64,000 nt of DNA, taken from positions 11,369-75,368 of the forward strand of contig CAZQMZ010000003.1 in the NCBI GenBank assembly GCA_964594865.1, read 5' to 3'. The translations under genes and the position numbers were made by a program. This document shows positions 17,192-25,356 of this stretch, piece by piece. Below the pieces are notes generated by a model. That model worked only from the letters and a program-made list of their open reading frames with translations. It was not told where the DNA came from and searched no databases. How positions within the stretch are numbered: the first letter of the stretch is position 1; each line of letters begins with the position of its first letter. The DNA is from an uncultured Lachnospiraceae bacterium (GTDB lineage Bacteria; Bacillota; Clostridia; Christensenellales; UBA1242).

Positions 17192-19603
17192 TTATTCTTT
17201 TCGCAAAATTGCACCAAATCTATGTTCCAAACTTCTCAAGATTTTGTTAACAGCCGAATTGATTTCTTCGCCTGTCAAAGTTTTCTCTTCACTCATGAAG
17301 ATGATCTTATATGCCATACTCTTCTTTCCGGCAGTCAAAAGTTTGCTTCGATATACATCAAAAAGTTTGACATCAAACAAAATCTTCCCGCCCGCCGATC
17401 TGATTGCAGATTCAAGTTCTGCATTCGTCAATTTTTCATCAACAACAATGGCAATATCTCTCTCCACAGTTGGAAATTTTGAAATCTCTTTTGTTTCATA
17501 CTGCTTTTCTGGCAAACTTGCAAGATAGTCAGTGTCAATCTCTCCATAATATACGTCTTGACTGATGTCATAATTTTTCAAAACAGTCTTATGAACTTTC
17601 CCAAACCATCCAATCACCTTGCCGTCTTCACTGATGATGTCCGCACTTACGCCACTGTGAAGATAAGGCTCTTTTGAGCGTTCAAGTTTATATTTCACAG
17701 AAGTTTGCACAAGCAGATTTTCAACCACATTTTTGAGATTGAAGAAATCATAATCGTTCTCACAAACCGCAAAAGAAAGACGATTGTTCTCAATTGGGAG
17801 TTCTTTCAACGGCAAAGATTTTGGCTGATAAACTCTGCCAACCTCAAAAAATCTCAAATCTTTGTTTCCCACTGAAAGATTGTATGCAACGTCCAAAAGA
17901 AGCGCGTGTGCCATAACAGTTCGAATAGTGGACATATCTTCACTTATTGGATTGGCAATTTTGATAACCTTTCGTCTTTCATCCTTCTCATCAAGCAAAA
18001 GTTTGTCGCACACAGAAGCAGTGTATAAAGAATAGTTGAGTGTTTCATAAAATCCGCAGTCGACCAAAGTGGTCTTCAAAGCATTTTCCAACTGCAAGCG
18101 AGGCTCAAATCTTCCAACAGTCGTTGCAGAATTTTCAAACAAGCCACCTTCCATGTCGTTATAGACATCATAACCAAAAATTCTTATCACTTCTTCTGCA
18201 ATGTCATTCTCATTCTTTATGTCATCGCGAATATATGGTGGTTGACAGGTCAATATGTCGCCGTTTTCCGTTGTTTCAATTCCAAGACCATTCAAAATTT
18301 GCAACATCTTTTTCTTTGGAATTTCCACTCCCAAAATTTTGCAAACTTTGGAATAAGAGATTTCAAGTTTTTGACACTGCGCAAGTTTTTGACTGCAAAC
18401 GTCAATGATGCCGTCCACAATTTCACCACAATGCAACTTGTCCACCAAATGTAAAGTGCGTTTCAATGCAAGTGTTGGCGAATTTATGTTCACACCTTTG
18501 GAATATCTCGACGAACTGTCCGTTGCGAGACCAAATTTTCTTGCCGTCAAACGCACACTTTTCAAGTCAAACACGGCACACTCAAACACTGTTTCCGTGG
18601 TGTTTTCGCTTATGCAAGAATTCACTCCGCCAATCACACCAGCAATAACGACCGGCTTTTGAGCGTCAGCAATCACCATAACATCTTCGTCAAGTTGATA
18701 TGTGTTACCATTCAAAACTTCAATTTTTTCGCCACGTTTTGCTTGACGTACTTCAATTTTGTGCCCGTCCAAAAATTTGTAATCAAATGCGTGCATAGGT
18801 TGCCCTTGCTCAATGAGGATATAGTTTGTGATATCAACCATAGTGTTGATTGGCTTGATGTCCACAGCATGTAGACGACTTCTCATCCAAAGAGGAGAGC
18901 GTTCAAGCTTGATGTTTTTGACATAGGAAGCCATATATCTTGGGCAATTTGGAGTTTTGACATCAACACTAAGAAAATTTTTGACATCGCCACCAACCGT
19001 TTTGTATGAAACATCAAAATCCTTAAACTTCTTGTCAAAGATGGCACAAACTTCACGAGCAATTCCAACAACACTGTTGCAATCAGGACGATTTGGTGTG
19101 ACATTGATGTCAAAAACAACGTCATTCAAAAGAAGTGCATCTTCAATTTTTGCGCCAATCTTGAAATCGTTTGGCAGAATCAAAATGCCATTGACGCCAG
19201 CACCTTCAAAATAATTCTCATCAACACCAAGTTCTTCACCCGAACAAAACATACCTTCGCTTGGCACACCACGAAAATTGGTCGGTTTGATTTTCACGCC
19301 GTTGCAAAGGTCGGCACCGTCCAACGCCACAGGCACAACCGCACCTTCAAAAACGTTGGTGGCGGAAGTTATGATTTGCACCTTTTTGAACCCAACGTCA
19401 ACTTTACACACAACCAATCTGTCTGCCGAAGGATGTTTTTCAATCTTATCAATCCTGCTTACATAGACATCGTGCAAATACTCGTTCATGCAAATGACAT
19501 CTTCCACTTCAAAACCAGAAGTTGTCAATCTTTTTGCCACTTCGTCTGCAGAAATATCCTTCAAATCCACAAAATCTTTAAGCCAATTATAAGAAACCTT
19601 CAT
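17192..19603 (-). CDS. pheT: phenylalanine--tRNA ligase beta subunit
   Basis: MKVSYNWLKDF start with GGGAGA SD; tRNA-binding, B3/4, B5 and FDX-ACB layout; the 25-codon upstream extension in the track runs through an intergenic repeat and is rejected. Confidence 0.95.
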   Translation of the reverse strand: MKVSYNWLKDFVDLKDISADEVAKRLTTSGFEVEDVICMNEYLHDVYVSRIDKIEKHPSADRLVVCKVDVGFKKVQIITSATNVFEGAVVPVALDGADLCNGVKIKPTNFRGVPSEGMFCSGEELGVDENYFEGAGVNGILILPNDFKIGAKIEDALLLNDVVFDINVTPNRPDCNSVVGIAREVCAIFDKKFKDFDVSYKTVGGDVKNFLSVDVKTPNCPRYMASYVKNIKLERSPLWMRSRLHAVDIKPINTMVDITNYILIEQGQPMHAFDYKFLDGHKIEVRQAKRGEKIEVLNGNTYQLDEDVMVIADAQKPVVIAGVIGGVNSCISENTTETVFECAVFDLKSVRLTARKFGLATDSSSRYSKGVNINSPTLALKRTLHLVDKLHCGEIVDGIIDVCSQKLAQCQKLEISYSKVCKILGVEIPKKKMLQILNGLGIETTENGDILTCQPPYIRDDIKNENDIAEEVIRIFGYDVYNDMEGGLFENSATTVGRFEPRLQLENALKTTLVDCGFYETLNYSLYTASVCDKLLLDEKDERRKVIKIANPISEDMSTIRTVMAHALLLDVAYNLSVGNKDLRFFEVGRVYQPKSLPLKELPIENNRLSFAVCENDYDFFNLKNVVENLLVQTSVKYKLERSKEPYLHSGVSADIISEDGKVIGWFGKVHKTVLKNYDISQDVYYGEIDTDYLASLPEKQYETKEISKFPTVERDIAIVVDEKLTNAELESAIRSAGGKILFDVKLFDVYRSKLLTAGKKSMAYKIIFMSEEKTLTGEEINSAVNKILRSLEHRFGAILRKE

Positions 19604-19636
19604 ATCTTTTCTCCCTTTTTCAAGTTCAATCCACTT

Positions 19637-19700
19637 TGCGTAATACCGCAATATATGGTGTATTATGTTGCATACCACACATTATTTTGTGTATTATACA
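19637..19700. repeat. palindromic element, locus D (4 half-sites)
   Basis: TGCGTAATACCGC..ATATGGTGTATTATG; TGCATACCACAC-ATTATTTT-GTGTATTATACA (19669-19700); lies between the pheS stop and the pheT SD. Confidence 0.85.
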
Positions 19701-19710
19701 ACCATTTCAA

Positions 19711-20730
19711 CTATCTCATTTGTTTCAAAAATCTCAAATCGTTTCTGAACAAATATTTGATGTTTGGAATTTTGTTGGCAACCATGACACTTCGGTCAAT
19801 CCCCGGACCAAAAGCAAAACCACTATATTTTTTGCTGTCAATCCCTGCCATTTCCAAAATTTTTGGATTTACAATCCCACCACCAAAAAATTCTGAAAAA
19901 CCTGTTCCCTTACACAAAGAACATCCTTTACCCTGACATCTCTGACAAGTGGCATCAATCTCAATACTTGGCTCTGTGAAAGGAAAGTATGATGGTCTAA
20001 CTCTCATCTTAACATCTTTACCATACAACCTAACCGCCATTTCTTTAACCATTGTCATAAAATCTTTTAAACTTACATTTTCGTCAATCACTAACGCTTC
20101 AAACTGATTAAATATTGGAGAATGTGAACTATCATCATCGTTCCTATACACTCTTCCCGGACAAATTATCTTAAATGGAGGTTTAAAGGTATGCATCGCC
20201 CTAACCTGTGCTGGTGATGTGTGTGTGCGAAGAAGTATGTTTTCTGTGATATATAAAGAATCTTGCATATCTCTTGCTGGATGATTTTTTGGAACATTCA
20301 ACGCCTCGAAATTATTGTAATCAGTTTCAATTTCAGGTGTTTGTATGCAAGTAAACCCCATTTCAATACAAAGTTCCATAAACTTGTTGTTAAAACGCGT
20401 CAAAGGATGTAAAGCCCCGCGTTCAATTCCCTTGCTTGGCTCGGTTATATCCACTTTCTCCTTTTCCATATCGGCAAGCAGTTTTTCGTTTTCAAGTTTT
20501 GCCAAAGTTTCAGAAAGCGCCCCTTCCAATTTTTGACGAACAGAATTTGCCAGCGAGCCTATTTCACGACGCTCTTCGCTTGGGACATCTTTCATTCCAT
20601 GCAAAATTTGAGTCAGCGCACCAGCCTTCCCCAAATAGGTCACACGCACTTCGTCAAGTGTTTTCAAATCTTTTGCATTTTGAATTTCATTCATGGCATT
20701 CTTTAAAATTTGTTCAAGTTTTTCTTTCAT
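19711..20730 (-). CDS. pheS: phenylalanine--tRNA ligase alpha subunit
   Basis: class II aaRS motifs (HPARDMQDS.., FRNDxxDxxHxPxFxQxE-like YRNDDDSSHSPIFNQFE, GFAFGPGIDR). Confidence 0.96.
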   Translation of the reverse strand: MKEKLEQILKNAMNEIQNAKDLKTLDEVRVTYLGKAGALTQILHGMKDVPSEERREIGSLANSVRQKLEGALSETLAKLENEKLLADMEKEKVDITEPSKGIERGALHPLTRFNNKFMELCIEMGFTCIQTPEIETDYNNFEALNVPKNHPARDMQDSLYITENILLRTHTSPAQVRAMHTFKPPFKIICPGRVYRNDDDSSHSPIFNQFEALVIDENVSLKDFMTMVKEMAVRLYGKDVKMRVRPSYFPFTEPSIEIDATCQRCQGKGCSLCKGTGFSEFFGGGIVNPKILEMAGIDSKKYSGFAFGPGIDRSVMVANKIPNIKYLFRNDLRFLKQMR

Positions 20731-20782
20731 GATTTTGTCACCTTTTTTAGATAAATTTTTCTTTGTTCACCTGTATGCTAAC

Positions 20783-21049
20783 AAAAAAATCGCCCAAACT
20801 ATTAGGACGATCGACAAACCGTGGTACCACCTAACTTCATGTTGACCTCAATCAACACCTTATTAAGACAATTTACGCATGTCAAACGGCAACTTCTACG
20901 CAAGAAATTCTACATTCTTCTGCTTCATTTCTCTTCAAAGCACAGCTGGTGAAAGTGAATTCAGTTTTCCGCCCCAACCTTTTCTCAGCAACAAGGTTCT
21001 CTGTGTGGAGTTTTTGAAAACTTACTGGTCTTTCGTCATCGCCTTTAAT
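20783..21049 (-). promoter_or_regulatory. T-box riboswitch leader of pheST (Phe specifier)
   Basis: minus-strand T-box sequence AGTTAGGTGGTACCACGG (plus 20819-20835). Terminator stem ATCGTCC/GGGCGAT plus U-run (20783-20811), whose 5' half can pair with the T-box. Candidate UUC specifier in GAAUUCAC (plus 20957-20959). Confidence 0.85.
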
Positions 21050-21055
21050 GAGAAT

Positions 21056-21085
21056 ATTCTAACATATCCACCCTTTTGTTGTCAA
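21056..21085 (-). promoter_or_regulatory. sigma-A-type promoter of the pheS T-box leader
   Basis: TTGACA (21080-21085), 18 nt, TAGAAT (21056-21061). Confidence 0.6.
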
Positions 21086-21103
21086 ACATTTTTCATAAAT
21101 ATT

Positions 21104-21140
21104 TTGAGTATGAAAAAAGTTGTGGTATAATCAAAAAATG
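21104..21140 (+). promoter_or_regulatory. promoter abutting the pseudouridine synthase start codon (leaderless candidate)
   Basis: TTGAGT (21104-21109), 16 nt, TGgTATAAT (21123-21131), 6 nt, ATG (21138); no SD. Confidence 0.6.
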
Positions 21141-22055
21141 AGAAAATTCGAAAACAATTTTGAAACGCTTAACATTGAAGAAATCTCTTCGCTCAAACAA
21201 CCAACAATTTTCTTTTTTTTGAAAGAGCATGGCTTTTCGGAACATTACATTAAAGACCTACGCCACAAGAAAGATGGCATTCGCCTTAATGGTGTTCCTG
21301 TTACCATCCGAGAAAAAATAACGATCGGAGATGTTCTTGAAATCGCCAAAAATCCAAGCGCACCTTCTCAAATTGATTTTTGTGAAGGAGATTTAGACAT
21401 CATCTTTGAAGATGAAGATTTTCTCATTGTCAACAAACCTCACAATCTCGCCTGCATCCCAACTCGTTCTCATTATGCCATGAATTTGGGTGGACAGATT
21501 TGCAAATATATGCAAGAAACTCTTGAACAGACAGACTTTGTCCTTCGTATAGCCAATCGGCTCGACCGTGAAACCGCAGGGATTGTGGTAATTGCCAAAA
21601 ATGTTCTCGCATACAACTCCTTGAACTTGCAAAAAGAATATCACGCAATATGTAAAGGAAAAGTTGAGCAAAACATCACCATAGACAAACCCATTCTCAC
21701 GCTCACCCACAATGGCATCAACCAACAAAAACGAATTATTTCTCCAAACGGCAAACCTGCCGTCACCCATGTTGAAATTTTGCAATATCTTCAAGACCCC
21801 TTGCACCGAAAAGATTTAACACTTGTGAAATTGAAACTCGAAACCGGCAGGACACACCAAATTCGTGTTCATATGTCAGAAATTGGACATCCACTTGTTG
21901 ACGATAGTATATATAATTCAAATTCACAAAACTTTGAAAATTCTTCTCACACAATGTTACTTCTCAAAAATATAGTTTTTACACATTTTCGCACAGGAAA
22001 AACAGTCACCTTGTCTGTGCCATATCCTGACGATTGGAAAATATATAAGATCTAA
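21138..22055 (+). CDS. RluA-family pseudouridine synthase with N-terminal S4-like domain
   Basis: RLDRETAGIVVIAK catalytic-Asp motif and GRTHQIRVHM; start set at MRKFEN. Confidence 0.88.
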   Translation: MRKFENNFETLNIEEISSLKQPTIFFFLKEHGFSEHYIKDLRHKKDGIRLNGVPVTIREKITIGDVLEIAKNPSAPSQIDFCEGDLDIIFEDEDFLIVNKPHNLACIPTRSHYAMNLGGQICKYMQETLEQTDFVLRIANRLDRETAGIVVIAKNVLAYNSLNLQKEYHAICKGKVEQNITIDKPILTLTHNGINQQKRIISPNGKPAVTHVEILQYLQDPLHRKDLTLVKLKLETGRTHQIRVHMSEIGHPLVDDSIYNSNSQNFENSSHTMLLLKNIVFTHFRTGKTVTLSVPYPDDWKIYKI

Positions 22056-22062
22056 AAATAAA

Positions 22063-22091
22063 AAACCACGGGTTTTGCCTGTGGTTTTATT
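22063..22091 (+). terminator. rho-independent terminator after the pseudouridine synthase gene
   Basis: AAACCACGGG-ttttg-CCTGTGGTTT plus T-run. Confidence 0.8.
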
Positions 22092-22132
22092 TAACAAAAA
22101 TTTAAAAATTCTTTTTCTTTTTCATTTATATT

Positions 22133-22154
22133 AACTGTCGAAAATTGTTATAAT
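22133..22154 (+). promoter_or_regulatory. promoter copy 1 with embedded Spo0A box upstream of the Rho-like gene
   Basis: AACTGTCGAAAATTGTTATAAT: 0A-box TGTCGAA (22136-22142) 6 nt upstream of the extended -10 TGTTATAAT. Confidence 0.5.
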
Positions 22155-22214
22155 TATTTTAATTTTTCAAAATTTTAAAAAAATTTAAAAAATTTTTTTG
22201 TTTTTATTTGTAAA

Positions 22215-22236
22215 AACTGTCGAAAACTGTTATAAT
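22215..22236 (+). promoter_or_regulatory. promoter copy 2 with embedded Spo0A box upstream of the Rho-like gene
   Basis: AACTGTCGAAAACTGTTATAAT, 21/22 identical to copy 1 and 82 bp downstream; TTGTAA -35 at 22208-22213 with a 17-nt spacer; TGTCGAA lies inside the spacer. Confidence 0.55.
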
Positions 22237-22278
22237 AGTTCTGGTTTTAAGAAATTTTACAAAATAAGGAGTCTTTTT

Positions 22279-23454
22279 ATGTCAAAAAAAATCGATTATG
22301 AGTTTAAAAATCTAAGTGAAGCAGATCAAGCGTGTCTGTCAGTTATCGAATCACTTGGAATCTATGAGCTCAGAGCGCTTGCTCGAGTTTTTGGCGACAA
22401 TTCGCCAACAGTCTTGAAGAGAAGCGATCATATAAAGTTTGTCATGAACAAAATTTTGTCCGGAGAAGATTTGAAACCACTCCCACTTCGTCCAGGCAGA
22501 CCATATAAAGAACTCTCCAACATTGAAGGCATTTTGAGACAACTTTCTCAAATCACAGGAAAGAACTATTCCCTGACCCCAAACATTGATTCGCGCGCAA
22601 AAAAAGTGGTGTCTTTCAATCAAATTGAAGATGAAATATATTTAAAAAAATCTTGCCCAATTGAAGTTCAAGGAATTGTTTGTGAGAGCGAAGATCAATA
22701 TGTTTTGTCCGACCAAAACAGCGGAAAATTTATTCTTATACCAAAAAGTTTGGATGAAAAAATTCGTCCTTATGATTTTGTTGTTGGTCAAGCAATTTTG
22801 ATGAACAACAAAGGAGAATATATTCTTGACAAGATTACTTCAATCAACTTCCAAGAACGAAAAAATTTCGACGCCAAAGCTGACCCATATATTGAAACAA
22901 TTCCAAGCGAAAGTTTTGAAATTGAAAACAAAAAAATTCTCTTAGGTTCAAGATATTTGCTCAAAGTCACAAAGTTCAGCGAAAAAGCAGAAAAAATGAA
23001 AAAACTTTTGAAGACTTTTTCAACCAAAAAAATCATCACTCTCGCAATCACCCCAGATGTTTTCCCAGAAGATATGGTTGCAACAAACTCGCTTGGTTTT
23101 TCAAACGTGTTCATGAGCAAATATGACGATTCACCTTATGCAACCTATGAAATGTTCAACACTTTTGTTAACCATGTCAAACATCTTCAAGAGCAAGGCT
23201 TGAAAATTGCCGTATTTGTTGAAAATATCACATCCATTGCAAATTCCATCGACTATGTCAACAAAAACAGCATAAAGTCATTTATGGGACACACAGAAAA
23301 TGCTGTCAATATGATCAAACAACTTGTTTCGTTGGCGAAAGCGGGAGAAGGAAATAAGCACACCACCCTAATCACTTCGTTAGACGAATCTGACATGTTC
23401 GACCAACTTTATGTCAAATCTGTGTATAAAGTTTCAAAATTGATTGAATTATAA
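22279..23454 (+). CDS. Rho-fold protein with degenerate ATPase motifs (Rho_N-like plus OB/CSD-like plus RecA-like core lacking a P-loop)
   Basis: by-eye alignment to B. subtilis Rho. GIYELRALARVF aligns with Rho_N. VQGIVCESEDQYVL..ILIPKSLDEKIRPYDFVVGQAIL aligns with the CSD. GSRYLLKVTKFSEKAE replaces GQRGLIVAPPKAGKT. ITLAITPDVFPEDM aligns with LLIDERPEEVT, VFVENITSIANS with LMDSITRLARA, and TTLITSLDESDMFDQLY with TILATALVDTGSRMDDVIY. AAGGAG SD. Confidence 0.55.
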   Translation: MSKKIDYEFKNLSEADQACLSVIESLGIYELRALARVFGDNSPTVLKRSDHIKFVMNKILSGEDLKPLPLRPGRPYKELSNIEGILRQLSQITGKNYSLTPNIDSRAKKVVSFNQIEDEIYLKKSCPIEVQGIVCESEDQYVLSDQNSGKFILIPKSLDEKIRPYDFVVGQAILMNNKGEYILDKITSINFQERKNFDAKADPYIETIPSESFEIENKKILLGSRYLLKVTKFSEKAEKMKKLLKTFSTKKIITLAITPDVFPEDMVATNSLGFSNVFMSKYDDSPYATYEMFNTFVNHVKHLQEQGLKIAVFVENITSIANSIDYVNKNSIKSFMGHTENAVNMIKQLVSLAKAGEGNKHTTLITSLDESDMFDQLYVKSVYKVSKLIEL

Positions 23455-23560
23455 AAAATGAAGATTTTTACCAGATTTAGATAATAAAGCCGATTTTTAT
23501 TTCTCTTTTTGTGTGTATAAATATTTATATTTATGAATAAATATCCAAAAACTAGCAACA

Positions 23561-23591
23561 AAAAAAACACGAATTGATCTCGTGTTTTTTT
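23561..23591. terminator. bidirectional terminator between the Rho-like and lipoprotein genes
   Basis: A7-CACGA-attgatc-TCGTG-T7. Confidence 0.7.
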
Positions 23592-23600
23592 AATTCAATT

Positions 23601-25115
23601 TCATGCCGAATGTCTTGAAGAAATGGTTGTTTTACTCAAAAGTTCATAGTTGTGCGTCGAACCCGACAAGTTGACACGATAGAGATAATAATTTTCATCT
23701 GTTTCATCATCGTCGTCATCGTCATCTTCATCTTCAATTTCTTCAAGTTGTGCATAGAAATATAAATAAGTTCCGTCATAAGCACCAAGTTCAGCATCAT
23801 AAATTGCTGTCATCGAAAGGATTGTGTTGCAAGTCACGTTGACTGCAGTGTTTGAAGTTTTGTTGAAAGCAGTTGAAAGGTCCGCTGAATAAATTCCCGT
23901 TGTTGTTGAGAAATAAATCTTTCTTCCGTCAATTGCAAGAAGGTTGAAATCAGAACCTGTCAGTTCGGTTGATGTTCCGTCCACATCCGCTGTGAGAGTG
24001 ATCACACCCATTGCGCCATTTGAATTTTTGTATAAAAGATTTCCATCAGTGTTATAGAAAATGTAACCAACCGTCTTGTATGAAACATTCCCTGTGCTTG
24101 AAGTTGTTGCTGAAACGATCAAATTTATGCCACTTGCTTCACCACTATAGAAAAGGTTTCCAACAATTCCGCCTGATGTCGTTTGGAAGTCGTTTGTTTT
24201 TCCTGACATATCAGCATAATATGTTGCAACGATGCTGTTGCTGTCGGTCTTGGTGTAGAACACAACGTCATTTTCGCGACCAATCAATTCAATTGTTTCA
24301 CTGTAGCTTGAATAATATTCTTGTGCAGTTCCGCCAGATAATTCAATTCCCATGATTCTTGTTAAGGTTCTGCTTGAACCACTTTCTGTTGTTGAAGAAA
24401 GAGTGTAATAGATGATGCCGTTCCAATCAAGTGTGCTTCCAGCCTTGCTTTGTTGATATGTTTTTGAAATTGCAATGCTTGTGACATCTTCAGCAATTGT
24501 TTCTGCTTTGTTTGTTGAAAGATTGATTTTGATCAAGTCTGTCCCTGCAAGCATAACGATGTAATACACCCCGTCCACTTTCAGCACTTCAATGTCTGTG
24601 ATTTCACCCACGGTTGTGTAGAGTTTTGATTTGTTGTTGCCGTTCAAACTGCTTTTATATATGCAGGTATATGTGTAGTTATATGAATTTCCGTCCGAAC
24701 TTGAAACCACTTGTCTGTTTGGTGTGGCATAATAGATTGTCTGCCCAAGCACAAACATGAAGTTGCCTTCATAACCTGTCACTTCAGAAGAAACAGTTTC
24801 GACGTTTGCTGGAGAATAGTCCCCACTCGTTGCTCCCAAATCAGCATTTGTGTTGAGTCTTGCAAGATATGTTGTCTTTGCACTTGACTTATAATCGCTG
24901 TCTGATGAGAAGCTCGAAGCATCAACAACAGAGTTGGCGTAATAAAGATAGCCATCCACCATAACTGCGGAATTGCCGTAATACAAAATCTCGTTGCTGG
25001 AATTTGTTATATTTCCCACTGTTGCACAGCCAGCCAGCCCGCAAGAAAGGCAAAGGACACAAAGCGCAACGCAACATACAATTTTTATCCAATTTTTAAG
25101 CGCAATGTTTTTCAT
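23601..25115 (-). CDS. secreted lipoprotein with repeated Tyr/Ser/Thr-rich beta-propeller-like units and a poly-Asp tract
   Basis: signal peptide with lipobox LAGC; recurring ..IYY/LYY/FYT.. strands (DUF5050/YWTD-like by eye); EEIEDEDDDDDDDETDE near the C-terminus. Confidence 0.7.
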   Translation of the reverse strand: MKNIALKNWIKIVCCVALCVLCLSCGLAGCATVGNITNSSNEILYYGNSAVMVDGYLYYANSVVDASSFSSDSDYKSSAKTTYLARLNTNADLGATSGDYSPANVETVSSEVTGYEGNFMFVLGQTIYYATPNRQVVSSSDGNSYNYTYTCIYKSSLNGNNKSKLYTTVGEITDIEVLKVDGVYYIVMLAGTDLIKINLSTNKAETIAEDVTSIAISKTYQQSKAGSTLDWNGIIYYTLSSTTESGSSRTLTRIMGIELSGGTAQEYYSSYSETIELIGRENDVVFYTKTDSNSIVATYYADMSGKTNDFQTTSGGIVGNLFYSGEASGINLIVSATTSSTGNVSYKTVGYIFYNTDGNLLYKNSNGAMGVITLTADVDGTSTELTGSDFNLLAIDGRKIYFSTTTGIYSADLSTAFNKTSNTAVNVTCNTILSMTAIYDAELGAYDGTYLYFYAQLEEIEDEDDDDDDDETDENYYLYRVNLSGSTHNYELLSKTTISSRHSA

Positions 25116-25207
25116 TCAATCTCCAAGTTTTTGATCTTTTTCAAGTTTACTGTAATATAATACAATATTATTTTCAAAAAAGTCAATAAATTTCTCAATT
25201 TCTCAAA

Positions 25208-25249
25208 ATTAATTTCAAAAATATCAGTATTAATTTCAAAAATATCAAT
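25208..25249. repeat. tandem 21-bp direct repeat in the lipoprotein/lgt divergent region
   Basis: ATTAATTTCAAAAATATCAGT / ATTAATTTCAAAAATATCAAT, head to tail. Confidence 0.8.
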
Positions 25250-25317
25250 ATATAAAAACAAAAACGGCATTCTTCGACATAAAATTTTCTTTTTGAAGCG
25301 GTATTGAATGATTTTAT

Positions 25318-25356
25318 TTGACTTTAACTCGTCTTTTGAACTATAATTTCGCTATG
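25318..25356 (+). promoter_or_regulatory. promoter abutting the lgt start codon (leaderless candidate)
   Basis: TTGACT (25318-25323), 18 nt, TATAAT (25342-25347), 6 nt, ATG (25354); no SD. Confidence 0.55.

Noticed and set aside
17192-19678. Longer pheT start (MVCNIIHHIL...). Similar N-terminal extensions appear in the track for tig (6221), recN (13816), lgt (25318), the Rho-like gene (22198), sigK (42190), plsX (49463), rnc (48388), the ftsW-family gene (33204), spoIVFB (62694) and the metal transporter (28381).
   Set aside because: The extensions run through promoters, intergenic repeats or upstream genes. The internal starts have proper SDs and match conserved protein N-termini.
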